DNA of 64,000 nt from a bacterium (lineage in GTDB: Bacteria; Patescibacteriota; Dojkabacteria; SC72). Numbering within the stretch: the first letter of the stretch is position 1; every line of letters begins with the position of its first letter. Both the position numbers and the translations under genes were made by a program. The DNA is taken from the NCBI GenBank assembly GCA_022840695.1, contig JALHDC010000001.1:84456-148455 (forward strand), in the 5' to 3' direction. Below are positions 49,556 through 60,356 of this stretch, one piece after another. Under the pieces are notes generated by a model. That model was not told the DNA's origin. It made no database searches and was given only the letters and a program-made list of their open reading frames with translations.

Positions 49556-49589
49556 AGGTGTACATTTTTAAATTGATCGTAAAACTAAA

Positions 49590-50753
49590 ATGGCAATGAT
49601 ATCAGAATTTATTGCCGCTATTAATCAAATAGCAGCAGAAAGAGGAATAGAAAAAGAAGAGATATTTCAAGCTCTTGAATCAGCTATTCTTGTGGCTTAC
49701 AAAAAGGAGAAATACTCTCCAACAGACAAAGAAGAGGATGAGGATCTGGGAAGTAACCTTACAATTGAGATGGACAGAGAATCAGGAAATTACAAATTGA
49801 TTGCTACAAAAGAAGTAGTGAAGAAGGTTAAAGATAATGATACTGAAATATCAGTTTCAGAGGCTGAACTTATATCTCCAAATGTAGAGGTTGGCGATTC
49901 CATACAAATAGAAATGCCAACAGAAGATTTCGGTAGAATAGCAGCTCAGACTGCAAAGCAGGTAATTTTGCAGAAGATAAGGGAATCAGAAAAGGAAGCA
50001 GTAATAAGCGAATATAGTGATAAAGTTGGAGAGGTATTTACAGCTTTGATGCAAAGAATGCAGAAGGGTGAGGTTATTTTTGAAATAGGGAAAGCTACAG
50101 CATATATGCCTCCTGAAGAGCAAATTCCAAATGAATTCTATAGATTAGGGGATAGGTACAAAGTGTTGCTTAAGGATATTGTTGATTCTCAGATGTTGGT
50201 ATCTCGAGCAGATCCTGCATTTTTAATAGAGTTGTTTAAGTTGGAAGTTCCGGAGATAGAATCAGGTGTTTTAGAAATCAAGGCTATAGCTAGAGAAGCA
50301 GGTTCTAGAAGTAAGATGGCTGTAAATTCTACTCAGGAAGGTGTAGATCCAATCGGTTCATGTGTTGGACAAAGAGGTATTCGTATTGCAAATGTTATGA
50401 ACGAGCTAGGAGAAGAAAAGATTGATATAATAGAGTGGGATGAAGAACCTGAGCAATTTGTAGCAAATGCATTGAGTCCTGCAAAGATAGATTCAGTTAA
50501 AATTGAGGATGATACTGCTACAGTTACAGTTGCAGATGATCAACTCTCACTAGCTATTGGTAGAGATGGTCAAAATGTAAGGTTAGCTTGGAAGTTAACT
50601 GGGTTCAAAATAGATATTGTTGGTTCTGGTGGAAGTATAGTGAAAGAGGAAGATTTAGAAGAAATGAAAAAGGATGTCGAGGAGAAGGAGGAAGAAAAAG
50701 AGAAAGTTGAAGTTAAAGAAGAATCTGAGAACACAGATGAAAAGTCAGAATAA
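49590..50753 (+). CDS. nusA: Transcription termination/antitermination factor NusA
   Basis: N-terminal domain, S1 and two KH regions (…GSCVGQRGIRIANV…AIGRDGQNVRLAWKLTG…). Acidic tail. Confidence 0.95.
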   Translation: MAMISEFIAAINQIAAERGIEKEEIFQALESAILVAYKKEKYSPTDKEEDEDLGSNLTIEMDRESGNYKLIATKEVVKKVKDNDTEISVSEAELISPNVEVGDSIQIEMPTEDFGRIAAQTAKQVILQKIRESEKEAVISEYSDKVGEVFTALMQRMQKGEVIFEIGKATAYMPPEEQIPNEFYRLGDRYKVLLKDIVDSQMLVSRADPAFLIELFKLEVPEIESGVLEIKAIAREAGSRSKMAVNSTQEGVDPIGSCVGQRGIRIANVMNELGEEKIDIIEWDEEPEQFVANALSPAKIDSVKIEDDTATVTVADDQLSLAIGRDGQNVRLAWKLTGFKIDIVGSGGSIVKEEDLEEMKKDVEEKEEEKEKVEVKEESENTDEKSE

Positions 50754-50774
50754 ATTATTGTTAATAAAAATAGA

Positions 50775-52334
50775 ATGTCTAAGATTGATAAAGTCACAAA
50801 AGGGAATGTTGCAAGCACAAAAGACTGTGCTAGACCCCCTATTGTCACTATCTTAGGACATGTAGATCACGGTAAAACAACAATATTAGATAAGATTCGC
50901 GAGAGTAATGTTCAAGGTTGTGAGGCAGGTGGAATTACTCAGAAGGTTTCAGTTTTTACAGTGCAAATTCCGAATGGTAAGCAGATAACATTCGTAGATA
51001 CTCCAGGTCATGAAGCATTTGATTTGATGAGATCTAGGGGTGGTAGTATTGCAGATATAGTTCTTCTTGTAGTAGCAGCAGATGATGGGGTTAAACCTCA
51101 GACTAAGGAATCTATAGAGATAATAAATAATTCAGATGCCAAACCCATTGTTGTCATAAATAAAGTTGATCTTCCAGATATTTCTGTTGAGAAAGTAAAA
51201 AGAGATGTTGTAAATAACGGACTTCAGTTAGAAGGTTTTGGAGGTAGTATTCCAGTGATAGAGGTTTCTGGAAAAACAGGTAAAGGAATTCCTGAATTAT
51301 TAGATATGATCCTTTTGGTTGCTGAGGTTGAAGGAGTACGAAGTGATGATGATATGCCAAAGGGAATTTTAGGAAAAGCATTTGTTTTAGAATCAGTGAA
51401 AGATAAATTCAAAGGCAATATGTCTTCTATTGCTCTGATACAGGGAGTAATATGCCAAGGAAATTGGTTGGGGTATAGAGTAGATGATAAATTTGTAATA
51501 GAGAAGGTTAAGGGAATGATAACAGAAGAAGGTGAGAATCTTTGTATGTTAGATTGTGGATGTGGTGGAAAAATAATTGGTATTTCAAACTTATTGGAAC
51601 TAGGGACTGAGGTATATGTTTTAGAGAATAGAGATCAAGAATTATTGAAATCTTTGTATAAATCTAATAAGGAAAGTGTACTAGAAGAGGATGTTACTCT
51701 TGAAGAGTTCTTCACATTGAATAGTGAAAATTCAGGAGAATGTTTAAATGTTGTTGTTAAGAGTTCTTCTGAAGGGTCTCTTGAAGCTATAAGGAACTCA
51801 TTGGGAAAGATTGAGGAAGACGGATATCGAGTAAATATCGTTGATTCTGGAGTTGGAAATATTGGTTTAAGAGATGCGGAATTAGCTGAGCTTTCCAAGG
51901 CAATACTTCTAGGCTTTGAAGTTGGTATAGAACCTGGTGTTGTAGATTATGCTAAGAAAAAGAGAATATTAGTTAAAACATATGAGATAATATACAAACT
52001 TCTTGAAGAGGTGCAGGAAGCAGTGTCTTTAATGTCTTTGCCTACAAGTAATGAGGAAGAGATAGGTAATGCTACTGTAAGAACACTATTCACATTGTCA
52101 GATGGAACTTTAATACTTGGTTCAAGAGTGGAAAAGGGGTATCTTAAAAAGGATTGTAAGGTTGATATTGTTAGAAATGATGAGATAATTGCGGAAAGTA
52201 AGATTAAGTCATTAAGAATAAACAAAGACTCTGTTAATGAGGTTAAAGCTGGTTTTGATTGTGGAATTCAACTTAATGATTCGTTAGAAATTAAGGAAGG
52301 AGATCAAATATACTGCTATAAGGTTGTTAAATAG
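50775..52334 (+). CDS. infB: Translation initiation factor IF-2, short form (519 aa)
   Basis: G-domain HVDHGKTTILDKIR, DTPGHEAF, NKVD. Follows nusA. Confidence 0.9.
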   Translation: MSKIDKVTKGNVASTKDCARPPIVTILGHVDHGKTTILDKIRESNVQGCEAGGITQKVSVFTVQIPNGKQITFVDTPGHEAFDLMRSRGGSIADIVLLVVAADDGVKPQTKESIEIINNSDAKPIVVINKVDLPDISVEKVKRDVVNNGLQLEGFGGSIPVIEVSGKTGKGIPELLDMILLVAEVEGVRSDDDMPKGILGKAFVLESVKDKFKGNMSSIALIQGVICQGNWLGYRVDDKFVIEKVKGMITEEGENLCMLDCGCGGKIIGISNLLELGTEVYVLENRDQELLKSLYKSNKESVLEEDVTLEEFFTLNSENSGECLNVVVKSSSEGSLEAIRNSLGKIEEDGYRVNIVDSGVGNIGLRDAELAELSKAILLGFEVGIEPGVVDYAKKKRILVKTYEIIYKLLEEVQEAVSLMSLPTSNEEEIGNATVRTLFTLSDGTLILGSRVEKGYLKKDCKVDIVRNDEIIAESKIKSLRINKDSVNEVKAGFDCGIQLNDSLEIKEGDQIYCYKVVK

Positions 52335-52343
52335 GTATTATGC

Positions 52344-52372
52344 TTGACAGATGTCCTATAAAATTATACAAT
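52344..52372 (+). promoter_or_regulatory. Sigma70-like promoter of rpsO (TTGACA-N17-TACAAT)
   Basis: Perfect -35 and a good -10 with 17-nt spacing, seen directly downstream of infB. Confidence 0.6.
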
Positions 52373-52440
52373 ATCCGTTGTTTCCACTTTGTTGGATTCT
52401 CTCTTGATTATGTAATTATATAATGCTAACCTATACTAAT

Positions 52441-52704
52441 ATGTCATTAACCAAGGAAGCAAAGTCTGAGATTGTAGATAAGTTCGCCCTCCACGAGGGT
52501 GATACAGGTTCTCCAGAAGTACAAATTGCACTACTTACTCAACAGATTCTAGATTTGAGTGAACATCTTAAAGATCATAAAAAAGATAATCACTCAAGAA
52601 AAGGTCTTTTGAATATGGTTGGGAAAAGAAGAAGATTAATACAATATTTAAAGAGTAGCGAACCAGAAAGGTATGATACCCTTTCAAAAAAGTTGAAGAT
52701 ATAA
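52441..52704 (+). CDS. rpsO: 30S ribosomal protein S15
   Basis: [36 protein letters not shown]… is an S15 N-terminus. Start set at the internal Met (the ORF-track start 52423 adds 6 aa). Confidence 0.9.
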   Translation: MSLTKEAKSEIVDKFALHEGDTGSPEVQIALLTQQILDLSEHLKDHKKDNHSRKGLLNMVGKRRRLIQYLKSSEPERYDTLSKKLKI

Positions 52705-52749
52705 CAATCTTCAATCCCTCTTTCTTTGTTAAAACTTTCCAATTAAAAT

Positions 52750-52778
52750 AGATAGATTAAAATATCTGTCTGATTTTT
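52750..52778 (+). terminator. Candidate rpsO terminator/attenuator hairpin before pnp
   Basis: AGATAGAT-N6-ATCTGTCT (one mismatch) followed by GATTTTT. AT-rich stem. Confidence 0.4.
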
Positions 52779-52803
52779 AATATAAATTAATAAATATATA
52801 TAA

Positions 52804-54885
52804 ATGTTGTTTAAAGAAATAAAACACGAGTTTGAGATAGAGGGTAGAAAATGTTCCTTTGAAACAGGAAAACTTGCTCTTAGGTCAGAATCATCTATTT
52901 TGGCCAGAATGGGAGATACTGTAATAACAGTTAATGTTAATAGTAAGCCATCATCTGGTGAATTTGATTATTTTCCTCTTTCAGTGGAATATATTGAAAA
53001 GTTCTATGCATCTGGAAAGATAAGTGGATCCAGATTTGTAAAAAGAGAAAGATTCCCTACTGATGATGCAGTACTTAAGGCAAGGATGATAGATAGAGCT
53101 ATAAGACCAAGGTTCCCACATGATTACAAAAATGAAGTAAGTATAATAGTTACAGTTATGTCATACGATGAGGAGAATGATCCTCTTCTTTTGGCTATTA
53201 ACACAGTATCTGTAGCTCTAATGAATTCTAAGTCTCCTTTTGAAGGTCCAATTGCAGGAGTTAGAGTTGGAATGGATGGAGAGAATTTTACTAATATGAT
53301 GAAATCAATGGATTTAACATCTTCCGAGGATAGAATGAACTATGTAGTAGCAGGAGATGGGGAAACTTTTACTATGATAGATGCAGGGGCATATGAGATA
53401 GAGGAAGAAAAAATTCTTGATGGTATGAAGAAGTCTTTGGAATATATGAAGTTTTGGTTAGATGCTCAAAGTGAGTTCTTAGGTAAACTAGAAGCAAAGG
53501 ATAAGGTGTATGAAAAGATCTCTACAGATGAAGAAATCATTGAGAAAGTAAAAGAATTCTTGGGAGAAGAAAGAATTCTTAAAAATCTTCAAGCTTCTGA
53601 TTCTGAAATACATGGCTTAGCTCAGGAGGAATTGTATAAAAAGTTTGAGGGTAAATATTCTAAATCTAGTCTTAATGATGCTTACGATCTACTTCTTAAG
53701 AAAGCTTTAAGAAAGTTGGTACTAGAAGAGGATGTAAGATCTGATGGTAGAAAAATGGATGAAATTAGAGAAATGGCAACTGAAATAGATCTATTACCTA
53801 GGGTACATGGATCTGCACTATTCACAAGAGGTGTTACACAGACATTAACCATAGCTACATTGGGAAGTCTGAAAGATGTTAGATTGGTTGATGATATGGA
53901 GGGAGAAAGAGAGCAAAGATATATGCATTTCTACAATGATCTTCCATTTGCATATGGTGATGCAGATAGGGTTAAATTAATGCCAAGTAGAAGAGCAATA
54001 GGTCACGGTATGTTAGCAGAGAAGGGTCTATGGCCCGTTATTCCTTCAGAGGAAGAATTCCCATACACAATATTAGTAATGAGTGAGATACAAGGTGAAA
54101 ATGGTTCTAGCTCTATGGCCTCTGCATGTGGTTCTACAATGTCTTTGATGGCGGCAGGAGTCCCTCTTAAGAAAGCAGTTGGTGGTATAGCATGTGGTTT
54201 AGTTACTGGTGAGAATGGAGAATTTAAAGTATTAACTGATATGCAAGGTGTAGAGGATTTCTATGGTGATATGGATTTCAAAATCTTAGGCACCAAAGAT
54301 GGTGTTACAGCTGTTCAGATGGATACTAAAACTAAAGGTTTAGCTATGGATATCGTTGAACAAACATTTAAACAATCTAAAGAAGCTAGATTAAAGATTT
54401 TAGAAAAGATGGCAGAAGCTATAGCTGAACCTAGAACCACTATGTCTAAATATGCTCCTAGAGTTGTACAGGTAAAGGTTCCTAAGGACAAGATAGGGGA
54501 AATAATCGGTCCAGGAGGTAAAAATATCCGAGAAATATCTGAAAGGACAGAAGCTGAGATAGAGATAGAGGAAGATGGTACAGTAAATATATATAGCTCC
54601 TCAGAAGAGTCTATAGAAATGGCAAAGAAATTAATCTCTGGATATGATTTTAAGGCTGAAGTAGGGGAAATATATGAAGGTAAAGTCGCTTCTATTATGA
54701 CCTATGGAGCTTTCGTAGATTTAGCACCAGGAGTTGCTGGACTACTTCATGTATCCGAGATAGCAGATGAATTTGTAAAGGATGTAAGAAAATATGTTAA
54801 TGAAGGAGATATCATAAAGGTAAAGGTAGTAGGGATAGATGGACAGGGAAAGATAAAATTGAGTATTAAGGGGTTAGAGAAATAG
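52804..54885 (+). CDS. pnp: Polynucleotide phosphorylase
   Basis: Two RNase PH domains plus KH (…IGPGGKNIREI…) and S1 (…GKVASIMTYGAFVDL…) domains. 693 aa. Confidence 0.97.
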   Translation: MLFKEIKHEFEIEGRKCSFETGKLALRSESSILARMGDTVITVNVNSKPSSGEFDYFPLSVEYIEKFYASGKISGSRFVKRERFPTDDAVLKARMIDRAIRPRFPHDYKNEVSIIVTVMSYDEENDPLLLAINTVSVALMNSKSPFEGPIAGVRVGMDGENFTNMMKSMDLTSSEDRMNYVVAGDGETFTMIDAGAYEIEEEKILDGMKKSLEYMKFWLDAQSEFLGKLEAKDKVYEKISTDEEIIEKVKEFLGEERILKNLQASDSEIHGLAQEELYKKFEGKYSKSSLNDAYDLLLKKALRKLVLEEDVRSDGRKMDEIREMATEIDLLPRVHGSALFTRGVTQTLTIATLGSLKDVRLVDDMEGEREQRYMHFYNDLPFAYGDADRVKLMPSRRAIGHGMLAEKGLWPVIPSEEEFPYTILVMSEIQGENGSSSMASACGSTMSLMAAGVPLKKAVGGIACGLVTGENGEFKVLTDMQGVEDFYGDMDFKILGTKDGVTAVQMDTKTKGLAMDIVEQTFKQSKEARLKILEKMAEAIAEPRTTMSKYAPRVVQVKVPKDKIGEIIGPGGKNIREISERTEAEIEIEEDGTVNIYSSSEESIEMAKKLISGYDFKAEVGEIYEGKVASIMTYGAFVDLAPGVAGLLHVSEIADEFVKDVRKYVNEGDIIKVKVVGIDGQGKIKLSIKGLEK

Positions 54886-54889
54886 TTCT

Positions 54890-55888
54890 CTACTCCTTGA
54901 ATATCTTGGCAATATAAAAGCCCATCATTTTGCTTGATGGTATTATTCTAATACTCTTTTTAACAGATGGATCATATGTATTACCACTCCACTTTGTAAT
55001 ACCATCTACCATATTCTCATCTCTCTTAATATCTATCTCCTCTAATCTCGCATTGGGATATTTTTCTAAAAGATATGTAATAACTCCTTCATTTTCCTCA
55101 GGTTCTAATGTACATGTAGAATAGATCATATATTTACCATGCTTAAGAGTTAGAAATGCACTCTCAAGTAATTCTTTCTGTAAGAATGTATACCTCTTTA
55201 TCCTATCTATACCCCAAAATCTAAGTGGTTTTGGACCTCTTAAATATATTAAACCCTCTCCACTACATGGTGCATCAAGTAGTACTTTGTCAAAAGTAGT
55301 TGGATATTTCTTTCCAAAATCCTTTGCATCACTTAATGTCACTTTACAATTCTTAACTCCAAACTGTTCTAAAACATTCTTTAATGCAGATACCCTAGAT
55401 ATTTCCGAATCATTAGCAACAATCTCTCCCTTGTTATTCATAAGAGCAGCTAAATGAGTTGTCTTACTCCCTGGTGCAGCACACATATCCAAGATTCTTT
55501 CATCCTCTTTAGGATCTAGCAGAAGGGAAGGAAGCATACTTGAAAGATTCTGTATGTAAAATTTCCCATCCTCATACTCATAGGTTTGCGATATTTCACT
55601 CTTATCTTTATTTAATACAAAATATGCATTCTCTACTAAATCTATCTTTCTTAAATCATAATCCTTTCTCTCTAGAGTATTCTTAATCTTAGACACATTA
55701 CCTTTTAATGGATTTAACCTAATTGTACTTATAGCTCTTTGTGAAAACAGTGGTACTATTCTAGGTTTAGGAAACATTAAAATACTTGCCATTCTAGATA
55801 CAAATATATTTTCTTTTGTAAAAAACTTTTGTGGCTTATTAAAATTCTTCTTCCTAGATTGTTTGTAATTTGATCTTGTTTTTTTCAC
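54890..55888 (-). CDS. rRNA cytosine-C5 methyltransferase, NOL1/NOP2/Sun (RsmB/RsmF-like) family
   Basis: SAM motif LDMCAAPGSKT and catalytic region LLDAPCSGEG…STCT. Confidence 0.8.
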   Translation of the reverse strand: MKKTRSNYKQSRKKNFNKPQKFFTKENIFVSRMASILMFPKPRIVPLFSQRAISTIRLNPLKGNVSKIKNTLERKDYDLRKIDLVENAYFVLNKDKSEISQTYEYEDGKFYIQNLSSMLPSLLLDPKEDERILDMCAAPGSKTTHLAALMNNKGEIVANDSEISRVSALKNVLEQFGVKNCKVTLSDAKDFGKKYPTTFDKVLLDAPCSGEGLIYLRGPKPLRFWGIDRIKRYTFLQKELLESAFLTLKHGKYMIYSTCTLEPEENEGVITYLLEKYPNARLEEIDIKRDENMVDGITKWSGNTYDPSVKKSIRIIPSSKMMGFYIAKIFKE

Positions 55889-56625
55889 TATATCTCTCCT
55901 TTTAAATATTTAACTATACTCCCAATTACTAATCCTGTGGTTTCTGTCCTTAAGATGTTACCTTTTAATTTAACAAATTGAAAACCTAATTCTTTAAATA
56001 CAGATATATCTGAAGAACTCCATCCTTTTTCAGGGCCAATAGCTATGTATATTGGTTTAGATATCTCTGTGTTTTTTAAAATATCGTTTAAATATTTAGA
56101 TTCCACAGATTCAGTAGCTAGACATATCTTTATACATTCATCTGGGAATATATATTCCTCCAACTCATCTATTCTAATTGGCCTTTCTATGATTGTAGGG
56201 AATATGTTTCTAGATTGTTCTACAGCATCTCTTACTAACTTGTTCCAATGGCCTGTATCTTTAATAGCCTTGGATTTTGTTTTAAGTGAGTATTTAGATT
56301 GTATTGGTATTATTTTCTCTATACCAATCTCTACACTCTTCTCCAAAAAATAGTCAAATTTACTCTCATTACTCAATGCCTGTATTATGGCTATACTAGG
56401 TACATACTCAGATTCTCTTTCCCCTTTTTCCTCAATGATTTGTATCTCTACACTTCCTTTGGCTATATCTGATATTTGACCATAGAAGATCTTTTCATAT
56501 GTCTCTATTTCTACAACATCCTCTATATCCAATATCCCTTCCTTAATTACCAATTCACTATCTGAATCTGAAAGATATGTAATATCATCTACTTTTAATT
56601 TGTGTCTAACAAAGAATTTTTGCAT
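55888..56625 (-). CDS. rsmE: 16S rRNA (uracil1498-N3)-methyltransferase RsmE
   Basis: SPOUT C-terminal motif IAIGPEKGWSSSDI…LKGNILRTETTGLV. 245 aa. Confidence 0.85.
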   Translation of the reverse strand: MQKFFVRHKLKVDDITYLSDSDSELVIKEGILDIEDVVEIETYEKIFYGQISDIAKGSVEIQIIEEKGERESEYVPSIAIIQALSNESKFDYFLEKSVEIGIEKIIPIQSKYSLKTKSKAIKDTGHWNKLVRDAVEQSRNIFPTIIERPIRIDELEEYIFPDECIKICLATESVESKYLNDILKNTEISKPIYIAIGPEKGWSSSDISVFKELGFQFVKLKGNILRTETTGLVIGSIVKYLKGEI

Positions 56626-56709
56626 TAGTGATTATATCATTATATTTGACATATTAAGAAAAAAACGATTATATATACATAGGGAGTATTAAATTTTAAA
56701 CTGTCTGTC

Positions 56710-59700
56710 ATGAGTATAAAAACTATTAAATTATTTAGAACCATATCTAAAATATTTCTAATATTGATAGGGGTTGGTTTAGTTGGATACCTAGGTTATT
56801 TAGGCTATATTTCCTACAAGTTTCCTCCATACAAAGTTACAGTTTCAAATATAACAGATAGTTCATTTACCGTATCTTGGGTTACAGATGTCCCGACAAG
56901 GGGTTATGTGTATTACAAAGAGAAGGATAGTTTTTTGCCGGGGCTATTGGGTTGGATAAATAGTGGTGTAGCATATGATGATAGGGATTGGGCATATAAT
57001 CAGAGTGTTTGTGTAAATGAGTTTAATGCTAATTCAGAGGTAGATGATACTTTTACGGTAGTTAATTCGGATAATTTTGATTGTGAGGATATAAAAGTTA
57101 AAAATATTGAAAGTTTCTATACTCACCATGTTACATTAAAGAATTTAGATGCTGAGAAAGAGTATTACTTCAGAGTAGGGAATGGGTTTTGGGGGTGGAA
57201 GACAGAGGAGTATAGTTCTAGTACATTTTCCTTATTAACCGATATTCTTGAACCTGCTCCTGTGTTTGGCAGAGTTGTTATTACAGACGACTTGACTTCT
57301 TATGATTCTATAATATATGGAAAGTTTTTGAATTATGGTAATGAAAAAGAATCTGTTTTGTATTCTTCTGTTACAAATGATGATGGAGGATGGTATCTCG
57401 ATGCTTCTGGTGCTAGAGATGAAGAAGGTGAGTTAGTAGATCTGGAAAGGGGAGAGGATATGTTTCGTGTTGTTGCCCAAATTCTTAATTTGCCTTTAAG
57501 TAGTTCATATGAATGGATATTTGAATCTTTGGATGGTGCATATCCAGATATCATCCTTGAAGAAGATTTTGATATAGTTATAGAAGAGGGAGTAAAGGGT
57601 GTTGCTGATTCGAATATTCCTGATGAAGGTGGGGAAGTATTAAGCATCTGGGATTTTGTTCTCCCTGCTCCTATACAAACTATAGTGAATACGGTTAAAA
57701 GTACAGTGACAGGTATCAAAGCGGTAGCAAATACAGTATCTAGTATTGTAAACAAATCTCCTGCCGCCTCAACAGCAGCTACCACTCCAACTTATCAGAG
57801 CTTAACTCCAACAGTAAAAAGTAGTACTGTTGGTCTTGGTACTGTCCAGGCTACAGTAACCCACAAATCTACTCCTTTAGGAACGGCACCTACTTCACCT
57901 TCATTCACGACTCCACAAATTTCTTTATCTTCAATTCCATCACTTTCCAACAACAATCTGACATCGAGTACACAAAATCAAACTACAAATAAGACATTAA
58001 CAGCAGAAGATATTAACAAGCTTTCTGACCAAGAAGTAAGAGCTGAAATATGTCCTTCATGTCCATCTTATGTCACGGCTAAACAAATAAGGGAAATAGC
58101 TACCAGTAATGATACAGCCTTTATAGCTGGAATGACTAAAGTTATTGGGGCTGGAAATGTTGGAAGAATTGTAGCTGGAACTAGTGAGAATGGAGTTCTT
58201 GGTATTCCAGAATTACAAAAGATGGGGCTTCCAACAAATAATGCAACCGCTATAGTTGGTAATTTAAATGCTCTATCTCGATGTAATGGTCCTCAGGGAA
58301 GTGAAAATGCATGTATGAAGGCTGAGAAAGTTCAGGAGATGCTAGATAACCAGGATTGGGATTCATTAGCTACATTGGGTATACAAATAGATAAGAATAA
58401 AACCTATAACGATGGATCCCTTTGGACAAATCCTAGAAATATAAAAGTTGAAACAAAATTTACTCCTCCTGATGTCGTTGTCCCTACTGGAATAGTAACT
58501 CATGCACAGGTTAGAGCAAAACAAGATAAAGTTGAGGATAAGACAAAAGGTTTGATATTCAGTAATGCCGAATGGGTTGGCCCACTAAGATTTTCTTCAG
58601 AATTTGGAGCTCCAGATACCTTAAAATTAGAGATTACTAATTCGAAAGATCAACAGGAAGTTCCCGATCTTGTTTATAATAGTGCAACTGGAAAATATGA
58701 AATGGGTAGTATTAAGGGGATTGGGCAATACATGGCTGCTTCCTTCTTTGAAACTCCTAGAGGAATTTTAGAATATATGAATGAGGGAAAGTTGAAGATC
58801 CCAGGATTTAGATTTGGTCCGTTGTCATTACTTAATCCTAGAATAGAAGAAACCGAAGAAGGATCTTCATTTTCCCTTAATATTAAAGCTCCTGTGGGTT
58901 TGATAGAGGTTGGTAATGAAGGAATGTTAGGAATTATTGTTGATACGATATTAAAAAATACTACTCCACAGGAAAACCCACATTTGGAAAATGTAGAAGT
59001 AAAGGGTGCTACAGATCAAGAAGCTTTAGAGATGATGACACAATTATGTTTTAAAGTAAGTGAAACAGGTTGTTCTACCGGTATTAATATTATTCCAATA
59101 AAAATAGATTCCACAGATTCCAATTCTTTGGAATCTTTATTAGGAAGATTTAGATTTAAAGCATATGCTGAAGTCACAGAGAATGACGATTTCCTGTATT
59201 ACGCATCAGAGGATGGAATATTTGATCTCTCGGTTAATGGGATAAAAGTTTCTGAAGATATGAATATTGCAAGTAACGATCTAATTATGCTGTATGTTGA
59301 AGGTAATGGACAGGAAGGGTTTCAAGCACCTAAGGATTGGTTGGATCCTAAAGATGGGGAGGATAGGATAGTATCTACTTCTTCTGTTGCTATAGAGACT
59401 GAGAAGAAATCTTCTGACATGACTATTGAGTTGAAAGAGGGAATTAACATAATAGGAGTTGATGCAATGCCTATAAGTACAGGAAATGAGATTTTGACAG
59501 CTAGAAAATTGGTAGGATTGTATCCTGATGATATACAATTTGTAGCGGAATATTCTGCTGGTAGATGGAGTAATATCGTAAGAGCTGATATAGATAGCTC
59601 TAATGGAATGGATTTCCCGATTATTCCAGGAAAGGGATATCTAATTTCTTCAAACTATGATATCGATATAAAAATTCCAGTAAAAAAATTAGTAAATTCT

Positions 59701-60027
59701 GTTCCTTTGTATTTGTCAGCGGGTTGGAACCTAGTCGGAATACACGGCTATACCAAGGCCTTTACTGCAAGATCTTTAATTGATTCCATAAATGGGGTTG
59801 AAGGTTTAACTGCAGATAATGTCTCATGGTGGCCCACTTCCAAGGGAAAGTATGAAGGCTTACAAGTTACTGCTGGGACATCATATGGTTTAGATTTTCC
59901 AATAAGTCCTAAGAATGGATATTTTGTTAGAATAAATAAATTTGAGCCTTCTTCTTCAGATTGTAATTCCATAATATGGCAAGAAGGAGCTGATGCTCAT
60001 GGAAAGTGTGGAACCAATAATTTATAA
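56710..60027 (+). CDS. Very large TM-anchored surface protein (1105 aa) with N-terminal Fn3-like domain
   Basis: N-terminal TM IFLILIGVGLVGYLGYLGYI. Fn3-like VSNITDSSFTVSWVTDVPTRGYVYY…YTHHVTLKNLDAEKEYYFRVG. Several Cys-rich segments. Confidence 0.6.
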   Translation: MSIKTIKLFRTISKIFLILIGVGLVGYLGYLGYISYKFPPYKVTVSNITDSSFTVSWVTDVPTRGYVYYKEKDSFLPGLLGWINSGVAYDDRDWAYNQSVCVNEFNANSEVDDTFTVVNSDNFDCEDIKVKNIESFYTHHVTLKNLDAEKEYYFRVGNGFWGWKTEEYSSSTFSLLTDILEPAPVFGRVVITDDLTSYDSIIYGKFLNYGNEKESVLYSSVTNDDGGWYLDASGARDEEGELVDLERGEDMFRVVAQILNLPLSSSYEWIFESLDGAYPDIILEEDFDIVIEEGVKGVADSNIPDEGGEVLSIWDFVLPAPIQTIVNTVKSTVTGIKAVANTVSSIVNKSPAASTAATTPTYQSLTPTVKSSTVGLGTVQATVTHKSTPLGTAPTSPSFTTPQISLSSIPSLSNNNLTSSTQNQTTNKTLTAEDINKLSDQEVRAEICPSCPSYVTAKQIREIATSNDTAFIAGMTKVIGAGNVGRIVAGTSENGVLGIPELQKMGLPTNNATAIVGNLNALSRCNGPQGSENACMKAEKVQEMLDNQDWDSLATLGIQIDKNKTYNDGSLWTNPRNIKVETKFTPPDVVVPTGIVTHAQVRAKQDKVEDKTKGLIFSNAEWVGPLRFSSEFGAPDTLKLEITNSKDQQEVPDLVYNSATGKYEMGSIKGIGQYMAASFFETPRGILEYMNEGKLKIPGFRFGPLSLLNPRIEETEEGSSFSLNIKAPVGLIEVGNEGMLGIIVDTILKNTTPQENPHLENVEVKGATDQEALEMMTQLCFKVSETGCSTGINIIPIKIDSTDSNSLESLLGRFRFKAYAEVTENDDFLYYASEDGIFDLSVNGIKVSEDMNIASNDLIMLYVEGNGQEGFQAPKDWLDPKDGEDRIVSTSSVAIETEKKSSDMTIELKEGINIIGVDAMPISTGNEILTARKLVGLYPDDIQFVAEYSAGRWSNIVRADIDSSNGMDFPIIPGKGYLISSNYDIDIKIPVKKLVNSVPLYLSAGWNLVGIHGYTKAFTARSLIDSINGVEGLTADNVSWWPTSKGKYEGLQVTAGTSYGLDFPISPKNGYFVRINKFEPSSSDCNSIIWQEGADAHGKCGTNNL

Positions 60028-60039
60028 AACCTAAATACT

Positions 60040-60354
60040 ATGTCAGAAATACCACCAATATATTGGATGATTATAATAAGCTTTGTAACCTTTATGATAT
60101 GTCTAGTACTGTATTATTTTGCTATGCTAATTAAAGAATCTAAAGATGCTGTAGCTGATTCTAGGAAATTAATACAAAATACAGAAGAAATACTTAAACA
60201 AACTACATTGATTGTAAATGATGTACAAGAAAGTATCTCTACTCTAAAAGGTACAGTATTTCAGATAAATGAGGCTATACTTCTTCCAATTAGAAAAATA
60301 GGTAATACCATATCAATTGTAGGAGACTTCTTCACTGGTCTTAAGAAAAGTTAA
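60040..60354 (+). CDS. Small TM protein (hypothetical)
   Basis: N-terminal TM IYWMIIISFVTFMICLVLYYFAML, 104 aa, 13 nt after the large surface protein gene. Confidence 0.4.
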   Translation: MSEIPPIYWMIIISFVTFMICLVLYYFAMLIKESKDAVADSRKLIQNTEEILKQTTLIVNDVQESISTLKGTVFQINEAILLPIRKIGNTISIVGDFFTGLKKS

Positions 60355-60356
60355 TA

